Shown piece after piece: positions 15,792-27,052 of a stretch of DNA of 64,000 bases; the stretch's first letter is position 1; every line of letters starts with the position of its first letter. Position numbers and translations under genes: made by a program. The notes beneath the pieces were generated by a model. It was not told the origin of the DNA, searched no databases, and was given only the letters and a program-made list of their open reading frames with translations. The stretch comes from an uncultured virus (IMG/VR IMGVR_UViG_3300018424_000013) (lineage: Duplodnaviria; Heunggongvirae; Uroviricota; Caudoviricetes). The stretch is from the IMG/VR virus record IMGVR_UViG_3300018424_000013. The stretch is one strand, 5' to 3'.

Positions 15792-18686
15792 TTATTCTAG
15801 AGACTCATTAGTTATATCTATTTCATTAATTAATTTCTGTGTTGATTTTAATATGCTTTCAAATTGACCTTCACGTTGCAAAGGAACTAGTTGAACATTA
15901 GTAGAAAAAGACCCGGGAGCTATTTTATGTGAAAAACCTTTAACTGCGTATACGTCATCTGCAGTCGTATTTGTTTGAAAATCAACAAAAAACTGTTGCC
16001 CAAATATGATAAATGGACAACCATAACATTCTAATTCTAAACTAGTTCTTAGCGTTTTTAAAGGCATACCATCATCAGAATCTGCATCTGGAGAATGCGC
16101 ATTCTTTTGAAATTGTTTTTTCATGTGTATTGCCTGCAATGTTGGGTCAGTACTAGTTGAAAGATTTGCATTAATAATACCTGAAGCTTCGGTTCCATAT
16201 TTTAAAGTAGGCATTGTATATGTAAAAAAAGATCTAATTTTGTTAGGACCACCATTTATATAAACAACTTCTTGATTTTTTTCAACATTCTGGCCAGCTT
16301 CATTTTTTTCTATTACTTTTATTTGTTTACTTTTAAAAAAATTATTAAATAAAGGATTTTGAAAAATATCATTGGCAGACTGAGCGTAAACTTTCCCATG
16401 GTCACCTCTTGCACTTGCTTGACTATTACCTCCTTTTTTAATATGGGTGTGCTCTTTATCAATTGCTTCCCGATTAAAGGTGCTGTAATTAGAATCTAAT
16501 GCAGCTTGATAAACATCATAATAACTAGAATAACTAGTTGTAGATGCATCAAAAAAATGCATTCTGCATATGGATTTATTAGGGTCATTAATATGAGGCA
16601 CAGTTTCTATAACCAGCTGTATACTTGGTTTTTTAAATTTCAATGCGGAACCTTTTCCACCATAAGCTTCTACTAATACGTTTTCTTTTTCAGCAAGAAT
16701 ATTTTTTTTCTTTGCATTTGATTTAACTTTTGATTGCCCATTTTCATCACGCTGATATATACTGCCAAAACCATATGCATCTGATGCTAAATTTGAAAAA
16801 AATATACTGTTCATAAAACCTATAAACTGGATTATAGACATTGTATAATTTTCTTTTATTCTTTCACTGAAATATTTTTTGAATTTGCTTATGTTGATAG
16901 GGAAACTACCTACATCATCATCTCTGCAATAACCAGAATATTCATTCATAGGATAAAAAACTAGTTGTACTTCATCAAAGTTTTTATTAGCTGCAATATT
17001 TTTTGCCATAAATATAGTAGCTAATTTTGCAAAACTTACGTGTGTTTTCTTTTTAGGTGCACCTTTGTACGTTTTATCTTTTAAAAAAGGATCATCGCCT
17101 TTTCTAATATCAGCCAGTAGTTTGTTCACTGTTGTTGTTAAATCTTTTTTTAACACGCTAGTATTATCTAATGCTTTATTTAATTTTGTGGTCATGTTTT
17201 TTAAAGTACTTTTCACATCAGTGTTTTGAAGATCTTTTAAATCATTAGAAAGCTTTACAATAATTTTTTTAACTTCCTCTATTTCTTTGTTATCTAATGT
17301 TAAAATATTATTTGTGCTATTTAACTTCCCCAATATCTGTGAATCTGCAATTTGAGAGTAGCTTGGTACTTTTACTAATTTCTTTTTAATTGCTTTTATT
17401 TCTTTAAGCAACACTGTTAGCTCATCCATTGTATGTTTAACACCGTCATCAGTAATTAACCCAAAAGCAATATCATCAATACCTTTAGAAAACATGGTTA
17501 ATGTTATATCCATCTCTCCAGCTGGGGTAAAATTATAGGAAGTGCTAGAAACCCTGAATTTATTAACAACTCGACACGCATTTAATAACTTACCGTACGG
17601 TGTGTCTTTCCTAGGGTGAGACCACCCATATTCAATTAGTATTTCAACTTGGTTTAAAGTACCTGGGACAACTAACTCAGATATATCCGACAATCTAGAT
17701 CTATCGTGTAATGTAAGTGATAATGTTGCAGATGTGCTGCTTAACATACCACTAGCAGGCACTACATTTACGTCAAAACTTTTAACTGTCATAAAAGGTC
17801 TTTTAGGATCTAAAATATTTCGTCTTTCACTACTTTTATCTAGGAAACTTGTGTCTCTAAATTTTTCGCCAACATAATTCATAGTTTGAGGAGCAGTGAA
17901 CAATTCCATACCAGCGTAGGCAACATTAATTACTTCTTCACTTTTCAATTTGCCACCTAAGTCAGCTGAAGTAGTAAATCTTTTTGCTCTTTGCATGTCT
18001 AATGCGCTATCATTTCTTACGTCTTTAGATAAATATTTTATTAAACTTAAGCCATTTGGTGTTGATTGCCCGCGATCAGATTTTAAAATAGTATTTGCAG
18101 ATGATATGATTTGCAAATCAAAAAATGGCACACATTTTGATATTTCTGTACTAGGTACAGCAGATAAAAAAACAGATGCAAACCCTGCACCGCGGTTTGC
18201 ATAATTTAAAGTTGTACTATGAAACTGTACGACACCGAAAGAAGGATTTTGTTTCGTGGGACTGGAGGTTTGTTGGTTGTATTTTGATCCATCGCCAATA
18301 ATTTTAGATATTTTACTAGTACTTAAAAAATTGTAATTCTCTTGCTCAGATTCATGTGTTATTGTAAAAAGCCTCTGTTCTTTATCATTAATCTTTTTTG
18401 TTAAATCAGATTCGCCTTCATCACCTGAAATAAAACTTTTAATATTTGCTTCAAATTCATTTAAAAAAGTGCCGCCATTTTGCATGTCTAAAATATATTT
18501 TACTAAATCATCTAATTTGATGTCATTTAGTAAAAAATTAATATTGTTTAAGTCTATGTTTCCATTGACTTCAGCACCTATTAATTTTGCTATCAAATCA
18601 TTTTCTGTTTTTACATTTAAAATTTGACTTAACTCTGTTAAAGCCTCTTTTATCATGTTTCTTTTTTCATGAAAATAATTTATCAT
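15792..18686 (-). CDS. baseplate hub-like structural protein (gp27/VgrG-type, inferred)
   Basis: Follows LysM gene in tail module; ILIEYGWS, ELECYGCPFIIFGQQFFVDF, YAVKGFSHKIAPGSFSTNVQL resemble hub beta-strands. Confidence 0.6.
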   Translation of the reverse strand: MINYFHEKRNMIKEALTELSQILNVKTENDLIAKLIGAEVNGNIDLNNINFLLNDIKLDDLVKYILDMQNGGTFLNEFEANIKSFISGDEGESDLTKKINDKEQRLFTITHESEQENYNFLSTSKISKIIGDGSKYNQQTSSPTKQNPSFGVVQFHSTTLNYANRGAGFASVFLSAVPSTEISKCVPFFDLQIISSANTILKSDRGQSTPNGLSLIKYLSKDVRNDSALDMQRAKRFTTSADLGGKLKSEEVINVAYAGMELFTAPQTMNYVGEKFRDTSFLDKSSERRNILDPKRPFMTVKSFDVNVVPASGMLSSTSATLSLTLHDRSRLSDISELVVPGTLNQVEILIEYGWSHPRKDTPYGKLLNACRVVNKFRVSSTSYNFTPAGEMDITLTMFSKGIDDIAFGLITDDGVKHTMDELTVLLKEIKAIKKKLVKVPSYSQIADSQILGKLNSTNNILTLDNKEIEEVKKIIVKLSNDLKDLQNTDVKSTLKNMTTKLNKALDNTSVLKKDLTTTVNKLLADIRKGDDPFLKDKTYKGAPKKKTHVSFAKLATIFMAKNIAANKNFDEVQLVFYPMNEYSGYCRDDDVGSFPINISKFKKYFSERIKENYTMSIIQFIGFMNSIFFSNLASDAYGFGSIYQRDENGQSKVKSNAKKKNILAEKENVLVEAYGGKGSALKFKKPSIQLVIETVPHINDPNKSICRMHFFDASTTSYSSYYDVYQAALDSNYSTFNREAIDKEHTHIKKGGNSQASARGDHGKVYAQSANDIFQNPLFNNFFKSKQIKVIEKNEAGQNVEKNQEVVYINGGPNKIRSFFTYTMPTLKYGTEASGIINANLSTSTDPTLQAIHMKKQFQKNAHSPDADSDDGMPLKTLRTSLELECYGCPFIIFGQQFFVDFQTNTTADDVYAVKGFSHKIAPGSFSTNVQLVPLQREGQFESILKSTQKLINEIDITNESLE

Positions 18687-18967
18687 ACATACACCAATAC
18701 ATCTTGCAAGTTTGATGGGTATTCTATAATAGTATTAGGTGGTATCTGTAAAGACCACCCAATATTTGAACATATTGCAATTAGCCACCAATAGCTAGAA
18801 TCTCCATATACCCTGCCAGCAATTACATCTAACCTATCGCCTTCTTTAGAAATATACCTAGTTGTTTGTATTGTGCCTTTTTTTACTAAATCTCTAACAA
18901 CGCGTATTGTTTGATTGGTTGACAAAGCTTTTCCGCCTTTAATTAAGCTACTGTTTCTATATCTCAT
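18683..18967 (-). CDS. LysM-domain baseplate protein (gp53/gpX-like)
   Basis: YISKEGDRLDVIAGRVYGDSSYWWLIAICSNI...IPPNTII. Confidence 0.82.
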   Translation of the reverse strand: MRYRNSSLIKGGKALSTNQTIRVVRDLVKKGTIQTTRYISKEGDRLDVIAGRVYGDSSYWWLIAICSNIGWSLQIPPNTIIEYPSNLQDVLVYV

Positions 18968-18977
18968 TTATAATTCC

Positions 18978-21900
18978 TTATATCGGTGAAGTTTTACTAA
19001 TGGTTGATGAAATAGTTTCAGTGTCACTTTTATTTAATTCATCTAAAAGCTGATCAGAATCGTTTGTATCGTCAAAAGTATCCAACGCAGAATTCCTTAC
19101 GCGTTCTGCAGAGTCAATTAAACTTTTGCCATAATCACTTGTTTCTGTAAATTCGCCATGCAAACTATTTGAAGAAGCCCCAACTTTATATATCGGCGCT
19201 CTGTTAACACCATTGTAATCAATACCAGGCGTAATGTCGTGAATAGGATTAAGCGATAAACTTACTTTACAGATTGTTGGAGCACGTTGCCCTGCTTCTA
19301 GATCCCAGGGCACAGTATTAATACCCCAGTCAAATGTTAACGATGTAATTACTCCAGCTAAACCTTCTGACATAGTGCTTTCGAAAGAGCGTACAATAGG
19401 GTTTTGATCATTAAATATTTTTTTGAAACCATCTAACTCTGCAGAAGAAATTGTTGTATTAACTTCCTGCGTGGTATTAACTGCTATTAATTCTTGTTCT
19501 TTCTTTGTCTTTGATATGTAATAGCCTATAGGTTTATCTCTCAGTTTTTTTGAAAGCTTGTCATAACCAGTACATAACATGCTAATATATTTAGGCGGGA
19601 CAACACCAGCGACACCTAAACCGGCCTGTGGGTAATGCCATTGATGAGCGTAATCTTCATCTCCTAATATCTCAAATGTATACATTAAACCAATGCTGAA
19701 AGTGGGGTTTTCCTTTGTACTTTTATTCGCAAAAGACCATGTATCCCAATCAACTACTTTTGCTGCTACCAATTTCATCCGCGTACTTTTTCTAAGGTGT
19801 TTACCAAAGTGATCTGCCAGATATTGTGAACGCAGTGTATTTATATCTGGTTTCCAAGATCCAAAAGGCACTACTGGTTGATTTCCATATTCTGTTGTAA
19901 ATGTATTAAAAACTGCAGGTTTAGACCAGATAAAGGTATCAACATCTGGCACTGGGTCAAAACCTAAACTATTAATTACTATATTGGCTTTTGGTAAAGA
20001 ATCTAAATTTGTTTTATACCCAACTGCTTCGAAGTCTTCCATAGTTACTTCTTCACTGCCTTCATTAATATTTATGCTGCCGACATTTTGTATAAAATCG
20101 TATAATTCATTGTCTGATACAAACTCAGAATATTTTACTAGTTTTTCTTGATGAATTTTTGTTTGTTTTTCTTCACCGCGGGTAATTTCAAGTTTTGCTG
20201 CATCTTCTACACCATGTATTTTAGCCAAAGCTTTTCTACTATAATTATTTTTAATCAAGTCTCCTAATCTCACTCGGACTAATGGAGTAGCTGTTGGTAT
20301 TTGACTAAAAGGCTGTGTAAATATTGTTCCACCTTCTTTACCATCTAAATTTTCTGTTAAAACTGTGGTCCCTTTTGACCATTGCGGATATACTAAAGTT
20401 GTTAGCTTATTTATTTTAGCATACATTTCATCCATGTCAGAAGAAGAATATGCAACAACCGTAAAATCAAATGACAAAGACCTTGTTGTGTCGCTATATA
20501 CTTGCGTACCTTCTATTCGACCAAAACCTTTTTGACTATTATAATTTGCGGAGTAGCTATCACTCAAGCTGTTTAAAAATGCATGAAAACTTACTATTTC
20601 ATTTGTTCTTGTATCATGAAAATAAAAAGGCATATATTCTGCTTCAAGTGCTTTTTCAATATTCTTAACTTCTTCGATGTCAATATAATGTTCGACAGTA
20701 ACCCCACTATAACCTGTGCCTTGTTTATTTTTATTGTTTCCCATATAAACTGGCAATTCGCCGGAAACTGTTTGACCTTTCCTGGTCGTTAAACCGATCA
20801 TTGCCATATTGTCCCTTTGAAACATATCAGCTCTAGGGTTATATAGTAACATCGATGGCAATAATGAATTAGACAAAACATTTTTCCCAGAATTGTCTCT
20901 AATATGAGAAACTCTAATAGATGGTAAAAAATTGTTGCCTTTTACATAATTTTCAGAAAATAAATTTTTACCATAAAAACCACCAGCCACTGCAATATCG
21001 CCCATGCTACTTATAATTCTTAAAAAACCTAAAATCTTACTATCTCTCAATTTTTTAAAATATGGCAATAGTTTTAAATTGAAGCCAGTATCTCTGGCCG
21101 TCTCTAAGTTTGATCTTAAAACACCTCTATAAACTGCAGCAAAAAAACCAGAGCTCCCTCCAAGATCTCTAACTGTAGCTATAAGAAATTTTATAAAGCC
21201 TACAATTACAGACTGTGTAAAAGCTGTTAAGGTTAAAGCAGCACCTTTAATTCTATTATTTTGCAATTTTGCATTTTTGATAACATAGTATGGTATTTTT
21301 ATATTTAAATAATCTAACATAAAAGCAGGTAAACTGGCAACTATCTTTTTTAATAAATCGGCTATTTTTCCACCAAACCCGTTACCTTCTAAGTTATCTA
21401 ATGATAAATCAATTTTTCCGCCAGTTAATTTACTTGCACCTTTGTCATATGAATTAATACCAGGTTCATAATAGTTTGATACGTATAAATCATCTGGGTT
21501 TATACCACCTAATTTTAACGTTAAATTTTTAGCTATTAATATACCTTCACATATCAAAGCAATTTTCAATGATTGTACAACACAACCTATTAAAGATATA
21601 ATTGAAATTCTTAACATAGGACCAACTAGTGACTGATTAAAATCATTTTCAAATGGTTCAAAATAAGAATTTAAATTTCCAAAAGAGTCTTTTGTGTAAC
21701 TGACAAAGTTAATATTTTCTTTTTCAAAATACGATGCTGCATCTTTTGGCTTTAAATTAGACAAATCAACTTTTGCAGTCGCTGCGGGTATGTTAGGCGC
21801 ATCAGCACTAGTACCTAAAAAAAGATTTTTAATTGGTAACTTAAAATTATTTTTTATTGCTTCATCTTCAAAGTCTGCAATTATTTCACTGTTTGGATCC

Positions 21901-22547
21901 AGTTCATTTTTTATTACACGATCTCCAGTTGCGCCCAGCATTAAACTAGCTGCTATATTTAAACCACCAGTCATATTAACTAAACTTTCTTTGTCATCAA
22001 GATTGTCTAAATCAGAAAACCGGTTTTTAAACTGCCCGGGTGCATACCCGCTTAAATTATTTAAATTAGTTTGCCCACTACGGTTGTTACTAATTTGACT
22101 TAATAACGCATTATTGTTTTTACTTAAATCACCTTTATTGACATTATCATAAGCATTGCCTGTTGTTTCAGAAACATTTGAATACACCCCTTTTTGCAAA
22201 CTGTTAAACCGGTTTTCAGGATGTTTTCCATACGTAGCAGTATTTGATAAATTTTCAAAATAACTTACAGCATCTGATTCTAATCTTTTCATTTCAGCAA
22301 GAAAAGTATCATTAACAGTATCCGGAGAAGGTGCCTCAAATTTATTTTCCGAAGCTTCAGGATAACCATTTTCAACATCTAAATCTTGACTAGATGCTTT
22401 ATACGTATTTTTTTCTGACAACTCTTTTAAATACTGACCTATAGTTGCCTTGTGTATAGGTTTAACATCCGTGTCGTCAAACTTTGCTTTTTCTTCTGCT
22501 GTTTGATCGGGATGCATAAAGTGTCCGACATGTTTATTTCCCGTCAT
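18978..22547 (-). CDS. large baseplate/tail-tube initiator-like protein
   Basis: PFYFHD..SFHAFLNSLSDSYSANY..GRIE..YSDTTRSLSFDF..L..LVYPQ..PLVRVRLGD and GVITSLTFDW..PW..P..CKVSL..IHD (tube-fold initiator pattern); downstream of TMP. Confidence 0.62.
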   Translation of the reverse strand: MTGNKHVGHFMHPDQTAEEKAKFDDTDVKPIHKATIGQYLKELSEKNTYKASSQDLDVENGYPEASENKFEAPSPDTVNDTFLAEMKRLESDAVSYFENLSNTATYGKHPENRFNSLQKGVYSNVSETTGNAYDNVNKGDLSKNNNALLSQISNNRSGQTNLNNLSGYAPGQFKNRFSDLDNLDDKESLVNMTGGLNIAASLMLGATGDRVIKNELDPNSEIIADFEDEAIKNNFKLPIKNLFLGTSADAPNIPAATAKVDLSNLKPKDAASYFEKENINFVSYTKDSFGNLNSYFEPFENDFNQSLVGPMLRISIISLIGCVVQSLKIALICEGILIAKNLTLKLGGINPDDLYVSNYYEPGINSYDKGASKLTGGKIDLSLDNLEGNGFGGKIADLLKKIVASLPAFMLDYLNIKIPYYVIKNAKLQNNRIKGAALTLTAFTQSVIVGFIKFLIATVRDLGGSSGFFAAVYRGVLRSNLETARDTGFNLKLLPYFKKLRDSKILGFLRIISSMGDIAVAGGFYGKNLFSENYVKGNNFLPSIRVSHIRDNSGKNVLSNSLLPSMLLYNPRADMFQRDNMAMIGLTTRKGQTVSGELPVYMGNNKNKQGTGYSGVTVEHYIDIEEVKNIEKALEAEYMPFYFHDTRTNEIVSFHAFLNSLSDSYSANYNSQKGFGRIEGTQVYSDTTRSLSFDFTVVAYSSSDMDEMYAKINKLTTLVYPQWSKGTTVLTENLDGKEGGTIFTQPFSQIPTATPLVRVRLGDLIKNNYSRKALAKIHGVEDAAKLEITRGEEKQTKIHQEKLVKYSEFVSDNELYDFIQNVGSININEGSEEVTMEDFEAVGYKTNLDSLPKANIVINSLGFDPVPDVDTFIWSKPAVFNTFTTEYGNQPVVPFGSWKPDINTLRSQYLADHFGKHLRKSTRMKLVAAKVVDWDTWSFANKSTKENPTFSIGLMYTFEILGDEDYAHQWHYPQAGLGVAGVVPPKYISMLCTGYDKLSKKLRDKPIGYYISKTKKEQELIAVNTTQEVNTTISSAELDGFKKIFNDQNPIVRSFESTMSEGLAGVITSLTFDWGINTVPWDLEAGQRAPTICKVSLSLNPIHDITPGIDYNGVNRAPIYKVGASSNSLHGEFTETSDYGKSLIDSAERVRNSALDTFDDTNDSDQLLDELNKSDTETISSTISKTSPI

Positions 22548-22779
22548 CTTCTTTCCCTTTTACTATTTCTTGAAATTTAACTTTACCAACTTCATTGATA
22601 AACTCGTTCAAGCTATTTTCATCAATGTTAGCTAAAACACCTTCTACTTCCTGCATTGCCTGTTCTGTCATTGAATTAATTGCGCTTTGCACTGAGTTTT
22701 TCTCTTCTTCTGGCAATTTTGCTATTAAATCTTTTAATATTTTTATTTCCATTAACATGTCTTTAATTTTATTACTCAC
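22534..22779 (-). CDS. small hypothetical protein in tail module
   Basis: 81-aa helical ORF coupled between TMP and baseplate gene. Confidence 0.65.
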   Translation of the reverse strand: MSNKIKDMLMEIKILKDLIAKLPEEEKNSVQSAINSMTEQAMQEVEGVLANIDENSLNEFINEVGKVKFQEIVKGKEDDGK

Positions 22780-22782
22780 ATT

Positions 22783-25700
22783 TTACTCCATAAATTCTAG
22801 TTGCCCACGTGAATCACGCCATGCATCATTTGGTTTAAAATAAGGTTTCGAACCATCAGGTTCAGGACCCATTAATCCAACAGCAACATCTTTAGCATCC
22901 ATTGTAACATTAAGTTTTAAGTTTAACTGTAGCGGTGCTGTTTCTAATTTCACAGTTTTTACACCATTAAAGGCCAACGCATTTCCGACTTGTTTTAATT
23001 TAGCAGCACCAGCATCTATCCCAGGCAATTTTTCTAGTAACGTTTCTATAGATTCAACTTCTTTTATTACACTTTGAATAGTTTTTATATCACCTGAAGC
23101 TTTTACCTTTTGCGCAAATTTTGTTACATCAGTTATGCTAGTTCTTATTGTATCTAAATTGCCACCTAAATCTTTTAAATTTTGAAGTTTTTCTTCTTGA
23201 TTTAAACCATTAGCAACAATCATCATTTTGTGCACAGCTTCCATCATATTTGATAAAGCAGCCATGCTTTTGTCAGCATCTTTTGGAAATTTTAATCCAG
23301 CAACCATGTTTGCCATTTTTGTTATTAAGCCTGGTAACTCTTTTGACATACCATCAAACATACTTTTTAAAACACCACTTATTCCAGAAAACAGCTGTTT
23401 AATTTTTTGAGGATTTTCGAAAACTGAAGGGTCTAAATTGCCCAGCATCCCCAGTGGTTTGCTTACTGCGCCTGTAACACTAGCAACAGCTCCAATGATT
23501 TGTGCAATTGCGGGCATCGCCTTAGTTTGATTTTCATCTAATTTTATACTAAGCATATCTTTTAATTCAAATATTATACTTTTGACACCCGGTATTATGA
23601 CTTTTAAAACTTTTGTCATTTTATCCATCATGTCTTTCATTATTTTAGGGTTGTCAAATATATATCCTTGACCAGCACTCACAGCAACTTTCCCCATAGA
23701 AGCAGATGTTTTTCCTAAAGATGCTATCAGATCAGCTACGGATGCAATTACGCTTATTTTTGCTTTTAATAAATCAACACCTCCCGGTATTGTTAATTTT
23801 GCCAATGGCGTAAATATTTGTGGAATAATTTTATCAATAATTAATTGTACAATATCTTGTATAAAACCGGTTGCTTGTTGTATCGGGCTTACACCAAACA
23901 ATCCAGCAAGTAACCCAGTAATTCCGGAAGAAGCTTCTATAATAGTAGCAAATGGACTAACAATACCCTTTAAAAAACTGCTTAATAAATCAAAAATACC
24001 TTTTGCCTTTTCTTTGTCTATAGTACCAGCAGCTGCTACTACAGTTGCCATTGCGCCTAATAATGCTAACGCAGAACCGGTTAAAAAACCAGCTATTACT
24101 AGTACACCAATAGCAATTGCGGCTAATATAACTCCTGCTCCTATACCACCAGTAGCATTTGCGGCTGCCATTATAACACCACCTAGGGCAGCTGATGCTA
24201 AAATCATTGGTATGCTAAATAACATAACAGCTGTAAGTAAAGCCATTGTTTTCATTGCTGCACCAAAATCAACCATTTTTTTAGCCATGAAAGTTACAAC
24301 ACCCAAAGCAGCTAAAAACACAGTTCCTATTATAGTAAATAATCCAGCTAATGCAATAATACCTACGCCTAAATTCATCCAATCTCTCGCAGTCATTGAC
24401 CTTATATATACACCTACGTCTACCAGGGTTTCTAAAAGATCAGGCACACTAGTAAAGGCATCTTTAATACTTTCTAAAATTCCTTTAGATTCTGCTGGGG
24501 CATCGCCATCACCACCGCCGCCAAGACCTAATTTTTTAAACAAGCCCCCAGTTAAATCTTTAAAGAAACTTACCATTGTGCTTAGAGCGCCAGTCATTAT
24601 TGCTGTTGTTAAAACTATTCCAATTACCTTTAATACAAATATTCCAAACATTGTCATAAGATATGGTTGTAAAATTGGCCACAATGCATCAAATATCCTA
24701 GTAAATAAATCTAACATTACAGGGAACACGTGTTCATACAAAGCCATAATAACATTAGTTAAAGCAGCACCTATAGAACCTAATAGTGAATTATGAGTAG
24801 CTGCTGAATTACTAAGTCCGTCAAATATTTCTTCTAGAATACCACTTAAACTAGTAGCAGCTTCTTCAATTACACTGTCAGCATTATCAGCAATCATCTG
24901 GAATAATCCTATAAGCATATTTTCCATATAGCTAAATAACTCGCCGCTAGCACTTAATTGACCATCTGTAAATTCTTTAAAAGCATCTATTATTCCAAGA
25001 AATAATCTTTTCATTGCTAAACTAGGATCGATCATGACATTATTGAAAAAGCCTTCAAATAAATCATGAAAAGTATCCATAAACTTTTGCGCACGGCCGA
25101 CATCAAATATACTTTCAAACAAATTTCTCATTGTAAATAAAGCACCACCCGGAGCAATAACCTTATTTATTAATCCGGCAAATTTCGCACCTGACTTCAA
25201 GAAAACTCTGTAAAACATTCTTACAGAATTTATAACTTTTCTTACTTCCGGCATGTATCCCATCATAGTTGTAAAACCATGAAAAAACTGACCAATTGCA
25301 CCTAAACCTTTCTGTAATGTTAAAAATACATTTGTTAATTTTTTAATGTTTTTAGCCATTTCATTTGTGGCTTCTTCCATAGTCATAGGCTTTGTAGCTT
25401 CTTCTAATTTATTTTGGAAGTCATCAAAACTCATTTCATCTAAAGGAGTACTAAATATTTTCTTTATGTTGTCGATATTCTGACCAGTAGAATTTGCCAG
25501 ATAATCTAACTGACGTCTATCCAGGTCTGCAACAGAATTTCCCGCCGCTTCAAATGATCTACGTAATTCATCTATTCTTTCTGCAGGGTTGTCTGTCATC
25601 ATCATTTTCATAACATCAACATTCATACCAAATGCTTCAGATAATTTACCCGCAGATTCTGCTGCAGAGTCAAATGTATCAAACTGAGCCATTATACCTT

Positions 25701-26757
25701 GCAGATCAGACATTTCAGCACCTAGCTTTGTTGTATAACCAGCTACTGCTACTAATTCTTTCTCAGATAAATCACCAAAGTTTTTAGTGTCATTCATCAT
25801 CCCGCTTAAAGCTTCCTTAACAACCTTAGCACTTATCCCCATATCTTTTTGCATAGCAGCTAATGATATAGTTACATCTTGTAAAGACTCTGACATGTCT
25901 TTGCCAGATTTTGCAGCTGATAGAGCCATAAATTTAAAATTCTCTGCAGTTAAACCGGCACCTTTATCTAGCACCATCATACTAGTAACATTGCCTTTAA
26001 AAGAATCTGTTAAACTATGAAAAGAAGATCCTAATCCTTGTGCTAAGGAATTTACATATTCAAGCTGGGCTGGCATTTCACCAATAGTATTTATTAAAGA
26101 TCTGCCAGATTTGCCTAAAACTTCTTGACTTTCTCTCAATTCATGAAACATTTCTTTTACTTCAAGACCTTCGTTCTTTGAAAGATCTCCAAAGCTTTCT
26201 CTGATGTTTTCATTTGCCTCAAATATTTGTTGACCTAGTTGATCTAATTCTGCTGCCGCGTTAATAAATGTCTGTGTTACACCATCTATTACACCCATTC
26301 CAGTTTTTAAAATCTCGAAAAAACCGGTTATACTAGCAGTAATACCATATATAGTTGCGTCGATCATGCCGCCAGCAGTTTTAAATATTGAGTATATCAT
26401 ATTCATGCCAGCAGCTGTTTTCAAATATTTATTTGTTTTGCTTTCTAAGTTTTCAACTTCATCGGCAGCTTCCTGTAATTCAAGCGATAAATCATTGAAA
26501 TTTATTTTTGCACCATTAGCAGCATCGGCTGCATCATTTGCTGCTTGCGTTAAATTAGATGTACCGCCAGCAGCATTATTCATTGCATTGGCGGCGGCAT
26601 TAGCAGCATTTGCCATATTTTGAGAAGTTTGTGCATTTTGTCCTAAAGCGGAACCAATCTTCCTTAACTCTTCGTTTTGAGCTTGAAGAGCTGCTAATAT
26701 GGCATTCTGTATATCTAATTGTGCCTGATCATTATTTCCAGACGGTGGCGGCGGCAT
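22783..26757 (-). CDS. tape measure protein
   Basis: 1324 aa, alanine-rich helical, FDTFDSAAESAGKL, central hydrophobic segments, position before baseplate genes. Confidence 0.82.
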   Translation of the reverse strand: MPPPPSGNNDQAQLDIQNAILAALQAQNEELRKIGSALGQNAQTSQNMANAANAAANAMNNAAGGTSNLTQAANDAADAANGAKINFNDLSLELQEAADEVENLESKTNKYLKTAAGMNMIYSIFKTAGGMIDATIYGITASITGFFEILKTGMGVIDGVTQTFINAAAELDQLGQQIFEANENIRESFGDLSKNEGLEVKEMFHELRESQEVLGKSGRSLINTIGEMPAQLEYVNSLAQGLGSSFHSLTDSFKGNVTSMMVLDKGAGLTAENFKFMALSAAKSGKDMSESLQDVTISLAAMQKDMGISAKVVKEALSGMMNDTKNFGDLSEKELVAVAGYTTKLGAEMSDLQGIMAQFDTFDSAAESAGKLSEAFGMNVDVMKMMMTDNPAERIDELRRSFEAAGNSVADLDRRQLDYLANSTGQNIDNIKKIFSTPLDEMSFDDFQNKLEEATKPMTMEEATNEMAKNIKKLTNVFLTLQKGLGAIGQFFHGFTTMMGYMPEVRKVINSVRMFYRVFLKSGAKFAGLINKVIAPGGALFTMRNLFESIFDVGRAQKFMDTFHDLFEGFFNNVMIDPSLAMKRLFLGIIDAFKEFTDGQLSASGELFSYMENMLIGLFQMIADNADSVIEEAATSLSGILEEIFDGLSNSAATHNSLLGSIGAALTNVIMALYEHVFPVMLDLFTRIFDALWPILQPYLMTMFGIFVLKVIGIVLTTAIMTGALSTMVSFFKDLTGGLFKKLGLGGGGDGDAPAESKGILESIKDAFTSVPDLLETLVDVGVYIRSMTARDWMNLGVGIIALAGLFTIIGTVFLAALGVVTFMAKKMVDFGAAMKTMALLTAVMLFSIPMILASAALGGVIMAAANATGGIGAGVILAAIAIGVLVIAGFLTGSALALLGAMATVVAAAGTIDKEKAKGIFDLLSSFLKGIVSPFATIIEASSGITGLLAGLFGVSPIQQATGFIQDIVQLIIDKIIPQIFTPLAKLTIPGGVDLLKAKISVIASVADLIASLGKTSASMGKVAVSAGQGYIFDNPKIMKDMMDKMTKVLKVIIPGVKSIIFELKDMLSIKLDENQTKAMPAIAQIIGAVASVTGAVSKPLGMLGNLDPSVFENPQKIKQLFSGISGVLKSMFDGMSKELPGLITKMANMVAGLKFPKDADKSMAALSNMMEAVHKMMIVANGLNQEEKLQNLKDLGGNLDTIRTSITDVTKFAQKVKASGDIKTIQSVIKEVESIETLLEKLPGIDAGAAKLKQVGNALAFNGVKTVKLETAPLQLNLKLNVTMDAKDVAVGLMGPEPDGSKPYFKPNDAWRDSRGQLEFME

Positions 26758-26809
26758 ATATAGGTCTCCGATTAATATTACCTATAATTATACCAAATTA
26801 AAAAATTAG

Positions 26810-27052
26810 TTAAAAAGGCCAAGATTTATTTGTTATCTTTCGATACTCTTCTGCCACCTTTCTTTTTTCTTGTACTAGTTTTTCTACTTGTGCTAGTGTT
26901 ACGTTTTCTTGATGTAGTGCTTCGTACAGTCTTCTGCTCGCTAGTAGACACTTTGTTGTTACTTCTACGAGTTCTTTTTTTCCTGTTATTTTTAGATTGT
27001 TCTTCTTTCCGGCTATGAATTTCACTGATTCTTTTATTAAGTTCGGCTTCAT
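26810..27052 (-). CDS. small conserved-looking hypothetical protein
   Basis: Strong GAGGAGG SD upstream; NLIKES motif; ends WPF; lies almost wholly inside 26826..27299 in another frame. Confidence 0.7.
   Translation of the reverse strand: MKPNLIKESVKFIAGKKNNLKITGKKELVEVTTKCLLASRRLYEALHQENVTLAQVEKLVQEKRKVAEEYRKITNKSWPF

Noticed and set aside
24014..24796. 260-aa plus-strand ORF
   Set aside because: Antisense shadow of the Ala/Gly/Ile-rich hydrophobic part of the tape measure gene; no SD or domain motifs
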